A stretch of 64,000 nt of DNA from Phoronis australis (taxonomy: Eukaryota > Animalia > Phoronida), in NCBI GenBank assembly GCA_002633005.1, contig NMRA01000720.1, forward strand, positions 96,727-160,726, read 5' to 3'. The notes below the pieces were generated by a model, which searched no databases, was not told the origin of the DNA, and saw nothing but the letters and a program-made list of their open reading frames with translations. Made by a program: the position numbers and the translations under genes. Of the stretch, positions 13,426 through 26,000 are shown piece by piece. Every line of letters starts with the position of its first letter. Position 1 is the first letter of the stretch.

Positions 13426-13609
13426 GGGCCCCTTTACTTCCATTGAACTACTTTAAATTCCTCAGGCATTAGCAAATTGGACATTGTGTTAGAACAATGT
13501 AGGTGACTTGAGCAATGTTTCTCTAGTATAACCATAGATCTGGGTTTTTACTCAAGTCTAACTGTTATATGGTGACTGGTCTAGTGACGCCCTTGTTTCT
13601 GTTTTGCAG

Positions 13610-16600
13610 GTTTTGCTCCATGGTGTACTGCGTGATGCGTCTGGTCGAAAGATGAGTAAGTCCTTGGGCAATGTTATAGATCCCATGGACGTCATACAGG
13701 GGAGATCACTACAGGTGGGGAGCATTGCTAGACATAATGTAAACGCACTATTTGTATTAGGTCACATGACCAGTGTTGACGGAACTGATTGGTAGGGCTT
13801 CTTATTGGTAAATTTCTTAAGGAAAGCTTGTGTTTTGAAGTGTTGCTAGGATACTCCCCATTGTCTATTATTGGATAGAAATACTCGACATACCTTCAAG
13901 AAGCGCCATAACACAGTCATGGAATAATTAAGTTTTGTCAATGTTACTATTTGGTCTGGGCTCCTGTGCAGATTCACTTCAAAACAATGAAGATAAATTG
14001 ACAAATTCGCATTGTTATCACACGCATGTTAAGCTGTGGCAAAGTTGAGAACAGCGGATTTCGTTTTAATTGCAGACAAATCTTCCAGAAGGGTCCTGTT
14101 TTTAATGAAATGTGCTAAGCTTTTCGTAACTTGATATGATTTTCAGTTGTCCTACTGTTTGTTAGGTGTAAGTCAACCAGCATGCAAAACTAGGAACAAA
14201 CGAGGATGTTTCATGGATACAATTGCCCAGAAATATGCAATACTTGTTCTCAATTGATAATTATTTGATCAGAACTAACTGTGTGTCAACTCTTAGTATA
14301 TTCACCAACTTTGCATTTGGTAGGCTCTAAGTCATGTGTTTGAGCTTCAAATGAACAGTTTTGTAAACTTACAAGTTTTTGTGGTATAAATTACCAAGTG
14401 GTGAAATTGGAACAAGTCACACTTCAGTAGTCACAACACTTACTAATAGGTACATTCCTTTATGAGTCAGTGTCAAACTACGTATTGTAGTCTGGCTTAA
14501 TTAGCAAAGGCATTGTTAAGACTAGTCTCTCTATTGACGGCTCTAATTAACTTAGTATTGAATATGCTCTCTTGAGTTTTGTCTATCTTATTAAAATATA
14601 GTGAATTCATGAAGTTATATGCTCTTTCAATGAACTTTGCCTTGTGAACTTTGTTTTCCTCCAGGAACTGAATGATCGGCTGGACCAGAGTAACCTTGAC
14701 CCCAGTGAAGTGTCAGTGGCCAAGTCAGGTCAACAGAGAGACTTCCCACTGGGCATTCCAGAGTGTGGTACAGATGCACTAAGGTTCACACTGTGTTCGT
14801 ATAATTTTAAAGGTGTGTAACATTTCAAAGTGGCAAAAGAATAAAATGTTAGAAGATTATTCATTGTCTATTTCTCGTTCTTATGTCATTTTAATTATTT
14901 AATTCAAACAATTACATAATTTCATGTTATTTAGCTCGGATGTTTATATTTTTATTGTAGTCAAACTTATTAATAAGTTACTGTTGTATTTTTTGGTATC
15001 ATACGAATATCATTTGAATATCATTTAAATATCATTAGCCTCATGTAACCAATCACATGTCAATGTGTACTTCAGCTCACTTCATCAATATGGACGTCTC
15101 TCATGTCAGCAGTAACAGAAGGTTCTGTAACAAAATATGGCAAACATTTCGATTTACCATCAAACATCTTGGAGAGAATTACCAGCCAGGAAACAGACTG
15201 GAGGTAAATTGAACGAGTGCTTATCCATTGGAATATTGAGAAGTAACTTATCAGGAGATTTTTTGATATTGATCACTCTTTGTGCTTCATATTATGTTTT
15301 CTTGTTTTCAATTTTTGTAGACGCAACCTCCTGAGGGTGTAATTAACAAGTGGATTATGGGTAGGTTAGTCTCCATGTTGGATCAGTGTGGCAGACACTT
15401 CAGAGCATATGACCTTCACCTTGCCACAAAGGCATTACATAACTTCTGGTATGCAGAACTTTGTGATGTGTACTTGGTAAGTTCTTATGACTGCAGTAGT
15501 TTCCTAATTTATGGCTTTAGTCAATGCATTTTGTGACATAGTAAATATGGTAAGAAGGCGCTTGATGTTTTTGTTTTCTAACAAGATTGTACGGACATTA
15601 AGTATTTTTTTAATATTGGTTTATATTCCAATCTGTTGTGATATTAAATGATTTAGCAATGAAATACTTCACTGGTTTCATCACCAACTTAGCAACCAAC
15701 TCTGATATATTTTCCGGAAATTACCCTCCCCCCAACATAAAACCCCTGTGGACACTCATTTGGCAAAAAGACCTTTTTTCAAGTCTGGCACAAGATACAT
15801 GTAATATAATGGAAAATGGGGCAAGATGTCATTACTTCCTCAACACGTGTTGTTGAAAGGACAATTGAAATTAGTTCATGTTGTTATGCTGCTCCTTACT
15901 TGGATTAACGTTTCCATGAGTTTTTGGGGAGATCTTTCCGGAATCCATGTTGTTCATAAGCACATGATTGGTCGCACAGGAAGATAATTCCAAATATGAC
16001 AATCGCAGCAACTATTACTCAAACTAACTGACCACCCACAGCTGGTGCCCGTGTTGTATATCAACAAAAGTGCAATCTGATCAGATATAAAATGCCCTCC
16101 TTAGGAGTGCGTCAAACCAGTGCTGTCCTCTGGTGACCAAGCTGCTATCGCCGAGTCACGCGACGTTCTCTACACGTGTGTTCATACAGCTTTGAAGGCT
16201 AGTCATCCTTTTATGCCTTACATCACTGAAGAGCTCTTCCAGGTAAGATTGATCACAACAGGGTAATGTCTAAAGGTCTGATATCGTTTCGAGTAAAATA
16301 TTGCATTTTTGGACATTATAGTTGCAAAAGTTATTCATTTTTTCTGAACTAATAGTCTTTTCTACATTACCATTGTTTTCTAGAGACTCCCGAGATCTCC
16401 ATCTGACTCTCAGCCCAGTATATGTGTTAGTCAGTATCCCACAAGGTCTCCTCATATGTTGACCTTTGATGACCTTCATGATCACATGACCTCGGTACTA
16501 GGCATTGTCAGCAGTATACTGAGTGTGAAGAAGGACCTGAACATTGGCAAGTTGCCAATTCCTGGTGAGTGAAGCTGAATAGGACAGTATAATTGTTGTC

Positions 16601-19450
16601 TCAGTCTGCTGATTGTGATGGGTTTGTATGGAAGAATGTTTCAATTTATTTATTCAAACTACTACTAATCAGTATGAGCGGCGCAGCACTGAAAAAGGTG
16701 GGGTGCTATAGCCCCGCCAGCCCCCTATGGTGCACCGCCCATGATCCAGCCCACAGTTTCTCATTCATTTCAACATGATTGTTTTGGAATTGGATTCACT
16801 TGACCTTTGACCTCATTGCCCATTTGTGTTTTAGTGTACGTATCCAACACAGGATTGGCTGGATTTGACATCAATGACTTCCAGTCTGTGATACAGAGTC
16901 TAGCCCGCTCAGGCCAGGTAAACTTGATGTGGAGAAATGCATTTAATTATAACACAGGAATTGGGAAACTTTCACTAGGGGCTGGGGTCTAATCTCTGTA
17001 CTTGAAATCAAATTATTTTAGACATTTTCCATTATTACTTTTGAGCAAATTCAAGATAAGTTTCTATTGGTCTGCTTCATCACGCTAGGTTCATGCATAT
17101 GGATTTCAGTTAAGTTTGTACTTCATGATCCCAAGATTCAATCTACAAATTTTAAAAACTGAAATTTTTAGTAAAACCTAATCTCTACTTGAGACTTATA
17201 GTTTACCTTATCGTTAATGCTAGTTTCACCAAGTGCACACTAGGAGTAAACAGTTGTCCATGTACTCCAGCACATAATAATAGGTCTACGCTAATCTCAA
17301 GTTTTCTCAAAAGTAGAATAAAAAGTAATAAAAATGATTTTAAGTTTGATTTTGTGTAACATGATTAGACAACGGGCCGTGGTCACATGCATGGGGTGAG
17401 GTGTCCTGCCACCTGCAGGCACATCAAGGAATATGTGAGTTTCATTCCCAGTTTGTGAGTGTTGGGTTGTATGACTTGTTTATCTTGAGTTCTACTTGGC
17501 CATTCATGGCTTGATTACCCTTTGAAGTTATTTGCAGGCACCAGAGTCATCATCAATTTTGTATGGAGTTTTACTTCTGTGTAATTTCTAGCCTAGTAAG
17601 ACATCTATTGTCAAGATATGAAATTAAAAATGTTCACCTTTGCTTTGCTGTGTAAAGTAAATGAATAATTATGACTTACTCACATGTGCCTTAAGTTTAC
17701 ATCTATGCTTCATTAGGTGATGGTTAACCAGCCACCTCCACTAGAGGGCGTGTTTGCATTTCCTGTGCATGACAGTCATGGTGCACCTACATTTCAAGTT
17801 GCTCTGCAGCTTAAGGTGGGTAACTAGATTGCTTTACTGATTCAGTATCATGTTATTTTTTGCATGTTTGATAAAAATCATATAGATTCCTTAACGCAGA
17901 GTTGACTGGGATTTCTGTAACATACACTTTGCATGTTTTGCACATTATGTAAACTGGGTCAACATGCAATATTGTTTTCTTTAATTTTAGGTGTTTTAGA
18001 TGGTCAAAATATCTGATGTTTATCACCATTCAACCGACTTCTCTCATAGTAGCTTACAACAAAGTTAGTCTTCCCTCTTATCGCTGGAAGAATCAGGTTC
18101 TGAAAGAGCTCCAACCAAACAAAACAACTGTGTTACTTCTCATTTCTCAGAGGATTTTTTGTATGACCCAAGTGCTCATGAATAATGAAACATGGCATTG
18201 TAGGGAACAGTGGACCTTCACCAGATGTGCAACGACCTTGACATCAGGTGTCGGAAATTTGACGAAAGTTTGACCAAAATGGTCGAGAAGATGACGCGCA
18301 TAGAGCAAGACACGTCACGAGCTCTGCTGGAGGAAAAGGTAATGTCTGCCCCCGTACACCGTCAGGGTGGGGCTTGCAGTTATTGAGGACTATGTGAAAG
18401 GGTTTATATTGGGGGGATGGGGAGATGTGGTTAGGTTTGGTATGTTTACTGAAAATTATGACTTTTTGTTGGAAACTCTGCAAATAGTCTTTCCTGTGTC
18501 TTTTCTACAAATGGGAACTTTTCCTTACAGCACAACTCCCTCTAGTGGTGTATGCAACTATGATAGTGGAACATTCGCAGAAGGTTCATATTGACGTCCA
18601 AGTTATTTGCTTGTAAAACTCAGAATCAGCATATAAATGTTTATCCCACGCGCGTTGAATCTGTCGAGGGAAATACGGCCATGTAATAAAGTTTTCCGTA
18701 TTCACCTCCCGCACTACTTCAACAGCGACCCCTGACATGGAAAGTTGAAAAAGTAGGTCAATGTCGACATGACGTCTTCAGCCGGTTCAATCATCAAACT
18801 TTCCAAATATAGTTTAAAGTAATACAGTTTCTGCAGTGTAAGTAACGCTCAACAGCAACCAGGCCCTAAACGTAAAATCTGGAACAAAACTGTTAGTTAT
18901 AACTTCCCACTTAGCCTGTGTCTCAGTTTTCAATTGCTGAATACTATATCGTCTGCAACTCAGGCGCCTATTCCTAGGAAATTAAAATATCAAATGTTTT
19001 TGACTATTTTCAAGAGATGTTAAAGTTCACTGCACAGTTGCCATTGTTTTCATCTTTGTTACCTCTTCTCAAGAAATAAATCATTACTTTTGAAACTGTT
19101 TCTTTTACAAGAGAAAACTTGCAACCTCAGGTACATACACGTAGGATGTAATCTGCCATGTGAACAGTCCGGGTGAAAAATCTGCCAAAAATGTATAAGA
19201 AACTTAGGGATTCGTAGCGCATGGGATAAATACAAAATGTTCCTCGATTGGCGTACAGGAAATAATATCCCTCTCGACCTTATTCCACGTATTGACCCGC
19301 GGAATAATGTCTCGTGGGATATTACTTCATGTACACCACTCTCGGTAAGTTTTCTGTAACTATATCTTAGTGATTTTGCAGATAACTAAGGCCAACAAAG
19401 AAAGACAGAGAATACAGAAACTTAGGGTGTCAATCCACGAACTGTTATGA
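13610..19450 (+). CDS. VARS2: Valyl-tRNA synthetase, mitochondrial type; 3' part only (KMSKS loop, anticodon-binding domain, C-terminal coiled coil)
   Basis: Exons 13610-13714, 14665-14812, 15076-15203, 15321-15476, 16105-16242, 16384-16564, 16835-16917, 17717-17815, 18204-18338, 19382-19450 (TGA); GT-AG and in phase, 413 aa. Motifs [69 protein letters not shown] and FCNKIW resemble VARS2 more than VARS1 (from memory). Upstream exons were not found in the window. Confidence 0.9.
16673..16743. mobile_element. ~70-bp GC-rich MITE monomer (CATGGGCGGCGCA...TGCACCGCCCATG family)
   Basis: Terminal inverted repeats; homologous to the units at 46425-46563 and 48920-49122. Confidence 0.65.
18640..19335. 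mobile_element. Unclassified non-autonomous element with inverted motifs and a long terminal hairpin
   Basis: TTTATCCCACGCGC (18640) and GCGCATGGGATAAA (~19217) form an inverted pair; a ~37-bp imperfect stem follows at 19253-19334. Confidence 0.4.
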
Positions 19451-20279
19451 CGACTGTTAGTACTACCTGAGGCAGAGTGCATGTTCCCAGTCCAGCCAAT
19501 AGAGGGCTCTTCAGACAACGTCCAGAAGATGGCGCCTTCACGTAAAGTGCTGTTTGGTGATGATGATGTCCAGTCAACATATCCTTGTAGTATCAGATGA
19601 CTACTTTTGCAAGAAGCTCATTGTGCATTAAACAGACTGGCAGTCTTGATAATGCAGTGAAGCAGATTGGGTTAAACAGCGCTTCTAATTTGGTCAAACC
19701 GTGTAACGTGCCCATTTCGTGATATTTGCTCACGTGCCGCATTCTGTTCAATAAGTGGACTGCTATACTGACTATCACAGTGAGCATTATGGCTGCATAA
19801 CTGTAATGTCCAGTATGTAGCTGTTAAATCTACATTACTTTATGAATATTGTTTTATGAACAGTGACGTCTGGTAATGAAAAACCTGTTGGATAATATGA
19901 AAATTAAACTTCTGCTAAAAATGATATTGAGTTTCTGAGAGTATGTAACATTAATATCAAGTATGTTTAAGCAGGCTGAACATCGTTTGTAACTCGCATG
20001 TACTCAAGGAGCCGGGGCCAAAACATGAAACACAAAGATTTTCCCTCCCGTGGGTGTGAGGCAATTGTACACATTTGGTATCTCTTTCTTGCCAAAGAAG
20101 ATCACGTACTCTCCCGTGAAATGTGATCTGAGAATAAGCCAGTTATAGAGACTACCTCAACACATTGTTCGCCTGAGGCACGTCAGTTTGCAAAATGCTG
20201 AATTCAAGGGTGTCATCACCCTGTAAAACAAATGGCCTGTCAGTTATCGTAGCACACAACTTAATAGTGACAGCTTGGG

Positions 20280-20657
20280 TTGACTGGTAAACATGCCTTT
20301 ATTAACATACATTATGTTCATGTGACGGGTAAGCATGTCTGTATTAACATGCATTATGTTGATGTGACTGGTAAGCATGCCTTTATTAACATACATTATG
20401 TTGATGTGACTGGTAAGCATGCCTTTATTAACATACATTATGTTCATGTGACTGGTAAGCATGCCTTTATTAACATACATGTACATACGTTGATGTGACT
20501 GGTAATCATGCCTTTATGTTATGTTGATGTGACTGGTAAGCATGCTTTTATTAACATACATTATGTTGATGTGACTGGTAAGCATGCCTTTATTAACATA
20601 CACTATGTTGATGTGACGGGTAACCATGTCTTTATTAACATACATTATGTTGATGTA
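20280..20657. repeat. 42-bp minisatellite, about 9 copies, between the convergent VARS2 and GPCPD1 3' ends
   Basis: TGACTGGTAAGCATGCCTTTATTAACATACATTATGTTGATG units. Confidence 0.9.
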
Positions 20658-20974
20658 AAGCGGAATAAACGCAGACTATATCCACCAAAGTAATCCAATA
20701 ACTCACTTCAACTTAAAATGTCAGATTCGTGACTCACATCAAAACAAGCTCCAAAACAATAAAACCAATGCCATGTAGACTCGTGTTAACTGTTTGATAT
20801 AAACAATTTAATAAAAGCTGAGAATACCACCTCCCGCAGTTCAACAGTATATACACTAGACATTCCCATTCAACAACACTAGGTGTCGCTGTGCGTAGAG
20901 AATTGACCGAAATTTTAACCAAAACATTTTCCAGCACCAAGGACATACCATACTAAATACCTACTTGTTTTTAA

Positions 20975-21515
20975 CCCTTATCCTGCACTAGGCGTACTCA
21001 GTGAAATATGATAAGCTGCAGCTGGGCTGCGCTAGGAGGATGCACTCACCCCACCACACTTGTGATTTTCATTCACAAATTGTGAGAGCCCTGGATGTTG
21101 TTTAGATATGTGAGTATGCGTATTCCATAGATCACAGTTTCCTCTACATTTCTCTATTGTTGTGATTACTAGTGTGGGAGATATTGGCAGCTATGTGTAA
21201 GTGTAGACACATAGTTTCATTATATGGCTGGAGCTAGACATGAGAGGATGACAGTGGATCACTTTACTTTCACTAAGGCTATGATGAAGATTTACGTATG
21301 GTGAAAATCTCCATTAAATTTAGACATCTTTTATGTTGGCTTCTTTTCTGTGAAATTAACATTTCCCCTTCAAATTTACAATTTAAAACTGTTAGGTCAT
21401 TACTCTGGGTGACCTACATAACGGCTTAGTGTACAGCAGTAGTGATGACCTACATGTACTCAGCTCAGCACACAGGAAAGAAAGTTGTCTGAATAGAGGG
21501 TCAGCAGGATAAGGG
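20975..21515. mobile_element. piggyBac-type non-autonomous element (MITE), 541 bp
   Basis: TTAA|CCCTTATCCTGC ... GCAGGATAAGGG|TTAA: perfect 12-bp TIRs with CCC/GGG ends and TTAA target duplication. Confidence 0.8.
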
Positions 21516-23031
21516 TTAAAGGAACATACCTTAATTGCCAACACTCTCTATTCAAAGGCTGACAACCTTGATTCAAATCAAAATAACACTACTGATTTAT
21601 CACAACTTTTTTTCATCTAGCTCTCCATGTATCTACTAGGTCATTAGACTAACACATGGGAAATTTTGTGCATTTGAATATGAGAGCATGAAATGTCAAA
21701 AATTCTAACAGACAAACTACAAACAATAATCTTAACTGCACACAATGCAACTGTGTTACATAAAGAAAGTGTTTTCAAGATTATGCCCACTGCTTAGTAT
21801 TACAGAAAATAAAGCCCTGAGATTAATAACTAAAAGTTAGAAAAATGCTAAATTCTCAATCTAAGTAACCAACACCAGTACTCTTCGTCACTATCAAAGA
21901 AGTAGAAATAAGATCAAGGATTCTAGAAATACAGTTTTGTCTGGTCTGCCATTATGAACACCTGACCACATTTTCATTTTAAAGTTTTCATACAATTCGA
22001 CATTGCTCTTTTCATATAAAGACAAGTGTTTTATCACCCAACAAACACAACTTTACGACGTTTCAAGATTTACTTTGCAATTTAGTTTTAAGCCAACCTA
22101 ATGTTCTTGTAAATGTAATGTCATACTTTCTAACGTAACACCTAGTCAGTCCACTTATAAAAGCAGCTTTCATATTTCGGGCTTGGCTATTCACTAGTTC
22201 ATATGGGGTAATAAAGCAATTATCTTCTTAGCCAGGACACATCCTACATGTAAGTAAAGCAAGGATTAGTAACACAATCTAACTGAGAGTTGCATGACTA
22301 AGAACAGAGTCCACAAAGAACTGCTTTCACTGACCTTGACCTTGCACCTCTATTTTCAGAGTCCTAATCTTTCTTTCAGGAAACATTTCACAAGTTGTTC
22401 CAGAGTTTTGATAAATGGATAGTGGGTGTAACTGGACTACTTGACTGATAACTTCAGGAAAAAATACACATAACCCAGAGTACTCCTTACCACATCCAAA
22501 ACAAGGCATGACCATTTTAATATAACAAAACCAACACTAAAGTTCCTCAGGTCACTTCACCCACCATTATTCAATGTTCTTGCTGCAGTCTATGTTTATA
22601 TATTTATATATATAGAACATACAGCATTCGCACTGAGTAAGAGCCTCAACTGGAAGGAGGGAACAGTATCCAAATTCAGAGATTTTTTTACAAGTTACAG
22701 AAACATTCAGGTGTGCTCTATTACAGTAGTAACACGCGAAACATTTGTAGTGAGAAATCTTGACATATAGAACAGAAATAGAATGAGTTCACATTCACCT
22801 TTCTCCCGTAATTCAGCATTCCAGGCTTGTCATTCAATCAAAGGAGTGGAGGCCATTTTGGATATTTGTAACGGAGATAACTTGGGAAACAAACTTTCAT
22901 CGCAATATCGTGTCAAACCACGTCAAGCAGAGCAAACCTCAGTCTGAATGGAATCTGTGATGATGAGCGGCCCTGTGGTCCTTGAAGGTACACCATAGCG
23001 CCCTGTACAGGGGACTGTTAGGCAGCATCTA

Positions 23032-26000
23032 CTATTCATGAGCAACGTGATGTCGTTTACGTGGCGTGAGTGGGTGCTTGTGTGGCCCGTCACGTTTGGT
23101 GAGAACATCTGCCTCCATGCTGTCCAGTTGACCAACATCGCGTAACAGCCTCATTTTGGCTTCATGCTCCATTCTGAACACATTATCCTTGGTTGGCTTG
23201 AAATCACTGATTCTGGAATAAAACATTTACTATGGTAGTTTTTAATGAGGCTTTAAGGGGTTGGAAACAATTCTGTAAACGCCACTCTAAATTCCAGTCA
23301 CAATGTCCTGAATGCCAGTCCTGATCAGCAAACATTGACATCAAATTACAAATACCAGACCTGTTCCCGTGAACTCCATACACCAGACCTGTGACCCTCA
23401 ACTCCATACACGTGACCTGTGCCCCTCAACTCCATACACGAGCTGAAAATGCTCCATACCAAACTTCACAACTCAGAACCAAACTCTGGACTGTTGCCTC
23501 AAAGCGCTGGAGAGGAATTTGGTACCCAGGACAGGATTTTTGGCTCTGCCAGTGTCGTGACACTGAGCTAGGGAATAACACTGTGAACTGATTTGATATA
23601 TTAAGACAAAATAGCAGCACTGCAGTTCTTTGGTATCTTACCAATATTATCCCATTTTGTTATGTAAAATTACAAGGAACGGGCAAATAGTAAAAGTAAA
23701 ATACTTCTTTTTCATGCACCCCGTGTTCGCCGCACAATGTTCCTCAGTACAGCCATCGCTCCTTCATTACCCAATAAAACACTTGTGACAGATGACACAA
23801 AGAACACCAGATCCTCTCCATCGTCAACCCTCAAAACCCAATAACACACCGGTCATAGATGACACCGTCAACACCAGACCCTCTCCACAACCACCCCACA
23901 ATACACCTACTGTATCGCAGACGGCACCATCAACACCAGGCACTCTCCACCATCGCCCAATAACACAACTGTCACAGACGACACTGTCAACACCAGACAC
24001 TCCACCATCACCCACTCAACACCCAGCAACACACCTGTCATAGATTACACCGTCAACACCTTGCTTCTTAAGCTGTTTGATGTTTTCAGAGTCGTTGTTG
24101 TCCTCACCCCAACAGAACAACACCAGACCTTTGTCCTTACACTGCTGTATTAGGCTGGGGTCAGCCAGAAGTTCCTCTGCATGTACGTTGATGCCCTGGA
24201 AAGGACAAAATGTTTACTTTTCTTAAATAAATAAAGCTCTGGTAGCTGTTGCAATACAAATTAGATACAATACCTGGACCACAATACCTAGACCATAATA
24301 CCTGGACCAGCAATTCTGTACTGTGTTCTTAATGCATGAGACTAGCAAATATAGTCATACCTTGAAATACGATAAGGCTCACTCAGTAACAGTATTACCA
24401 TGTGTATTTCCCTTATTCACTAGTGACACCTGGTGCATTGTGTGGTTTTGCTTGCCGATATTGGAGTAGACAACTTTTTAACATTTTGTAATAGCATTGA
24501 AAATTTTCAAAATCTGGTTAAATTGGAATACAATATCTCAGAAATGGAAGATTAGAATTACATGAAACTCACAAGTCATGTTTTATGCAGTTCTTCAATA
24601 GCAATTCTATTAAAAACTTTTCACTTTTGTATGAATGGCAATCAAAACTGAAGGGCTAGGTGATAAGGACCAACAGACACCAAGCACCACCTGGCAGCTC
24701 TATCTAGTGTCCAGGTATGGAACTATGGAATGTTCTCTAGCATAATACATACCACATAAACCAGGAAGTTTCTAAAACCCAGCTTTACAAATTTAAAACG
24801 AGCCTCAAATGTACCTCCATCTGGTGCTCGAGCACAGAACTAGTGTATTCTCCATTTCCTGACTGAAATTTATTTTTGACAACCGATAAATTCTTAAATG
24901 ATTTAAAGGTGTTTTCAGCCTTGTAAGTTTTTGTTCTGCCTGACAACATACCTGTGTATAACACACTATGTTCAATGTTTAGAATGTGTTTAAAAACACA
25001 ACATACCTGTGTATAACACACTATGTTCAATGTTTAGAATGTGTTTAAAAACACAACATACCTGTGTATAACACACTATGTTCAATGTTTAGAATGTGTT
25101 TAAAAACACAACATATCCCAACTACTACTTACTAAGAGATTCTCAGACATGGCAAACTTGATGGCCATTTGCACATAGTGTGTCCTCTTGTCCTCAAATG
25201 GTTCGTACTTGGGGGTCAACGCTTGTGTCAAGAACAACACTGGGTATTTGTTCTGCTTGTGGCGCAGCCTGTTGGACAACAAAACAGCCACTGTGAATAG
25301 TTGTAACATAACTAAAATTCGAATTTGGTAATCTCTGGTTATTCAGTCACGCTTTTCTAACGTTTACTAGAAGAGACCTTTGACTACACATTCTAAGAAA
25401 TGACCCATTTAGACTTTAATATTAATAGTGAATTAGCAAGGTGAAAGCAGCAGTCACTAGTATTGTCAGTATACCATCTTCAAGTCTCACAAGTCCAATA
25501 TCACCTAAGAGCTCCACCTAGTGTTCAAGCATGGAAACAGGTCAGGCATGTTGCTTTCCATGCATAAAAAGGCAACGTTATACATTGCATTTGACAGCAT
25601 TGCATGTCAGTCTTGAGCAGGAAAATAAATTTATCAGTTTGTTCCAAGACCAGAATCACTTCTAATCTGCTTAAGGTTGGAAATCGAAACCAATTTTATA
25701 GCAACAAGCGACATTAAAAAACATTTGGTTAATGCATTTCTAAAATAAAAGGTCAGGTGAAAATTGGAGTAAGAAACTTTAAATTAAGGAATACCAGAGC
25801 GTATCGACCTTACATGATGCAGACGTCGGGGTCAAAGCAGGAGAAGATGACCCTGCGTGTGCCAGCGTACTCTAGAACATCCTTGATGATAATATCGAGG
25901 TAGGTGTTGCGCTCGGTGTAGTGTTCTTGATTCTCTTCGTACTCACCATCCTGCGCAAGGAACAAGACTGTGTACAGTGATGGTGGTGCAATACGATACA

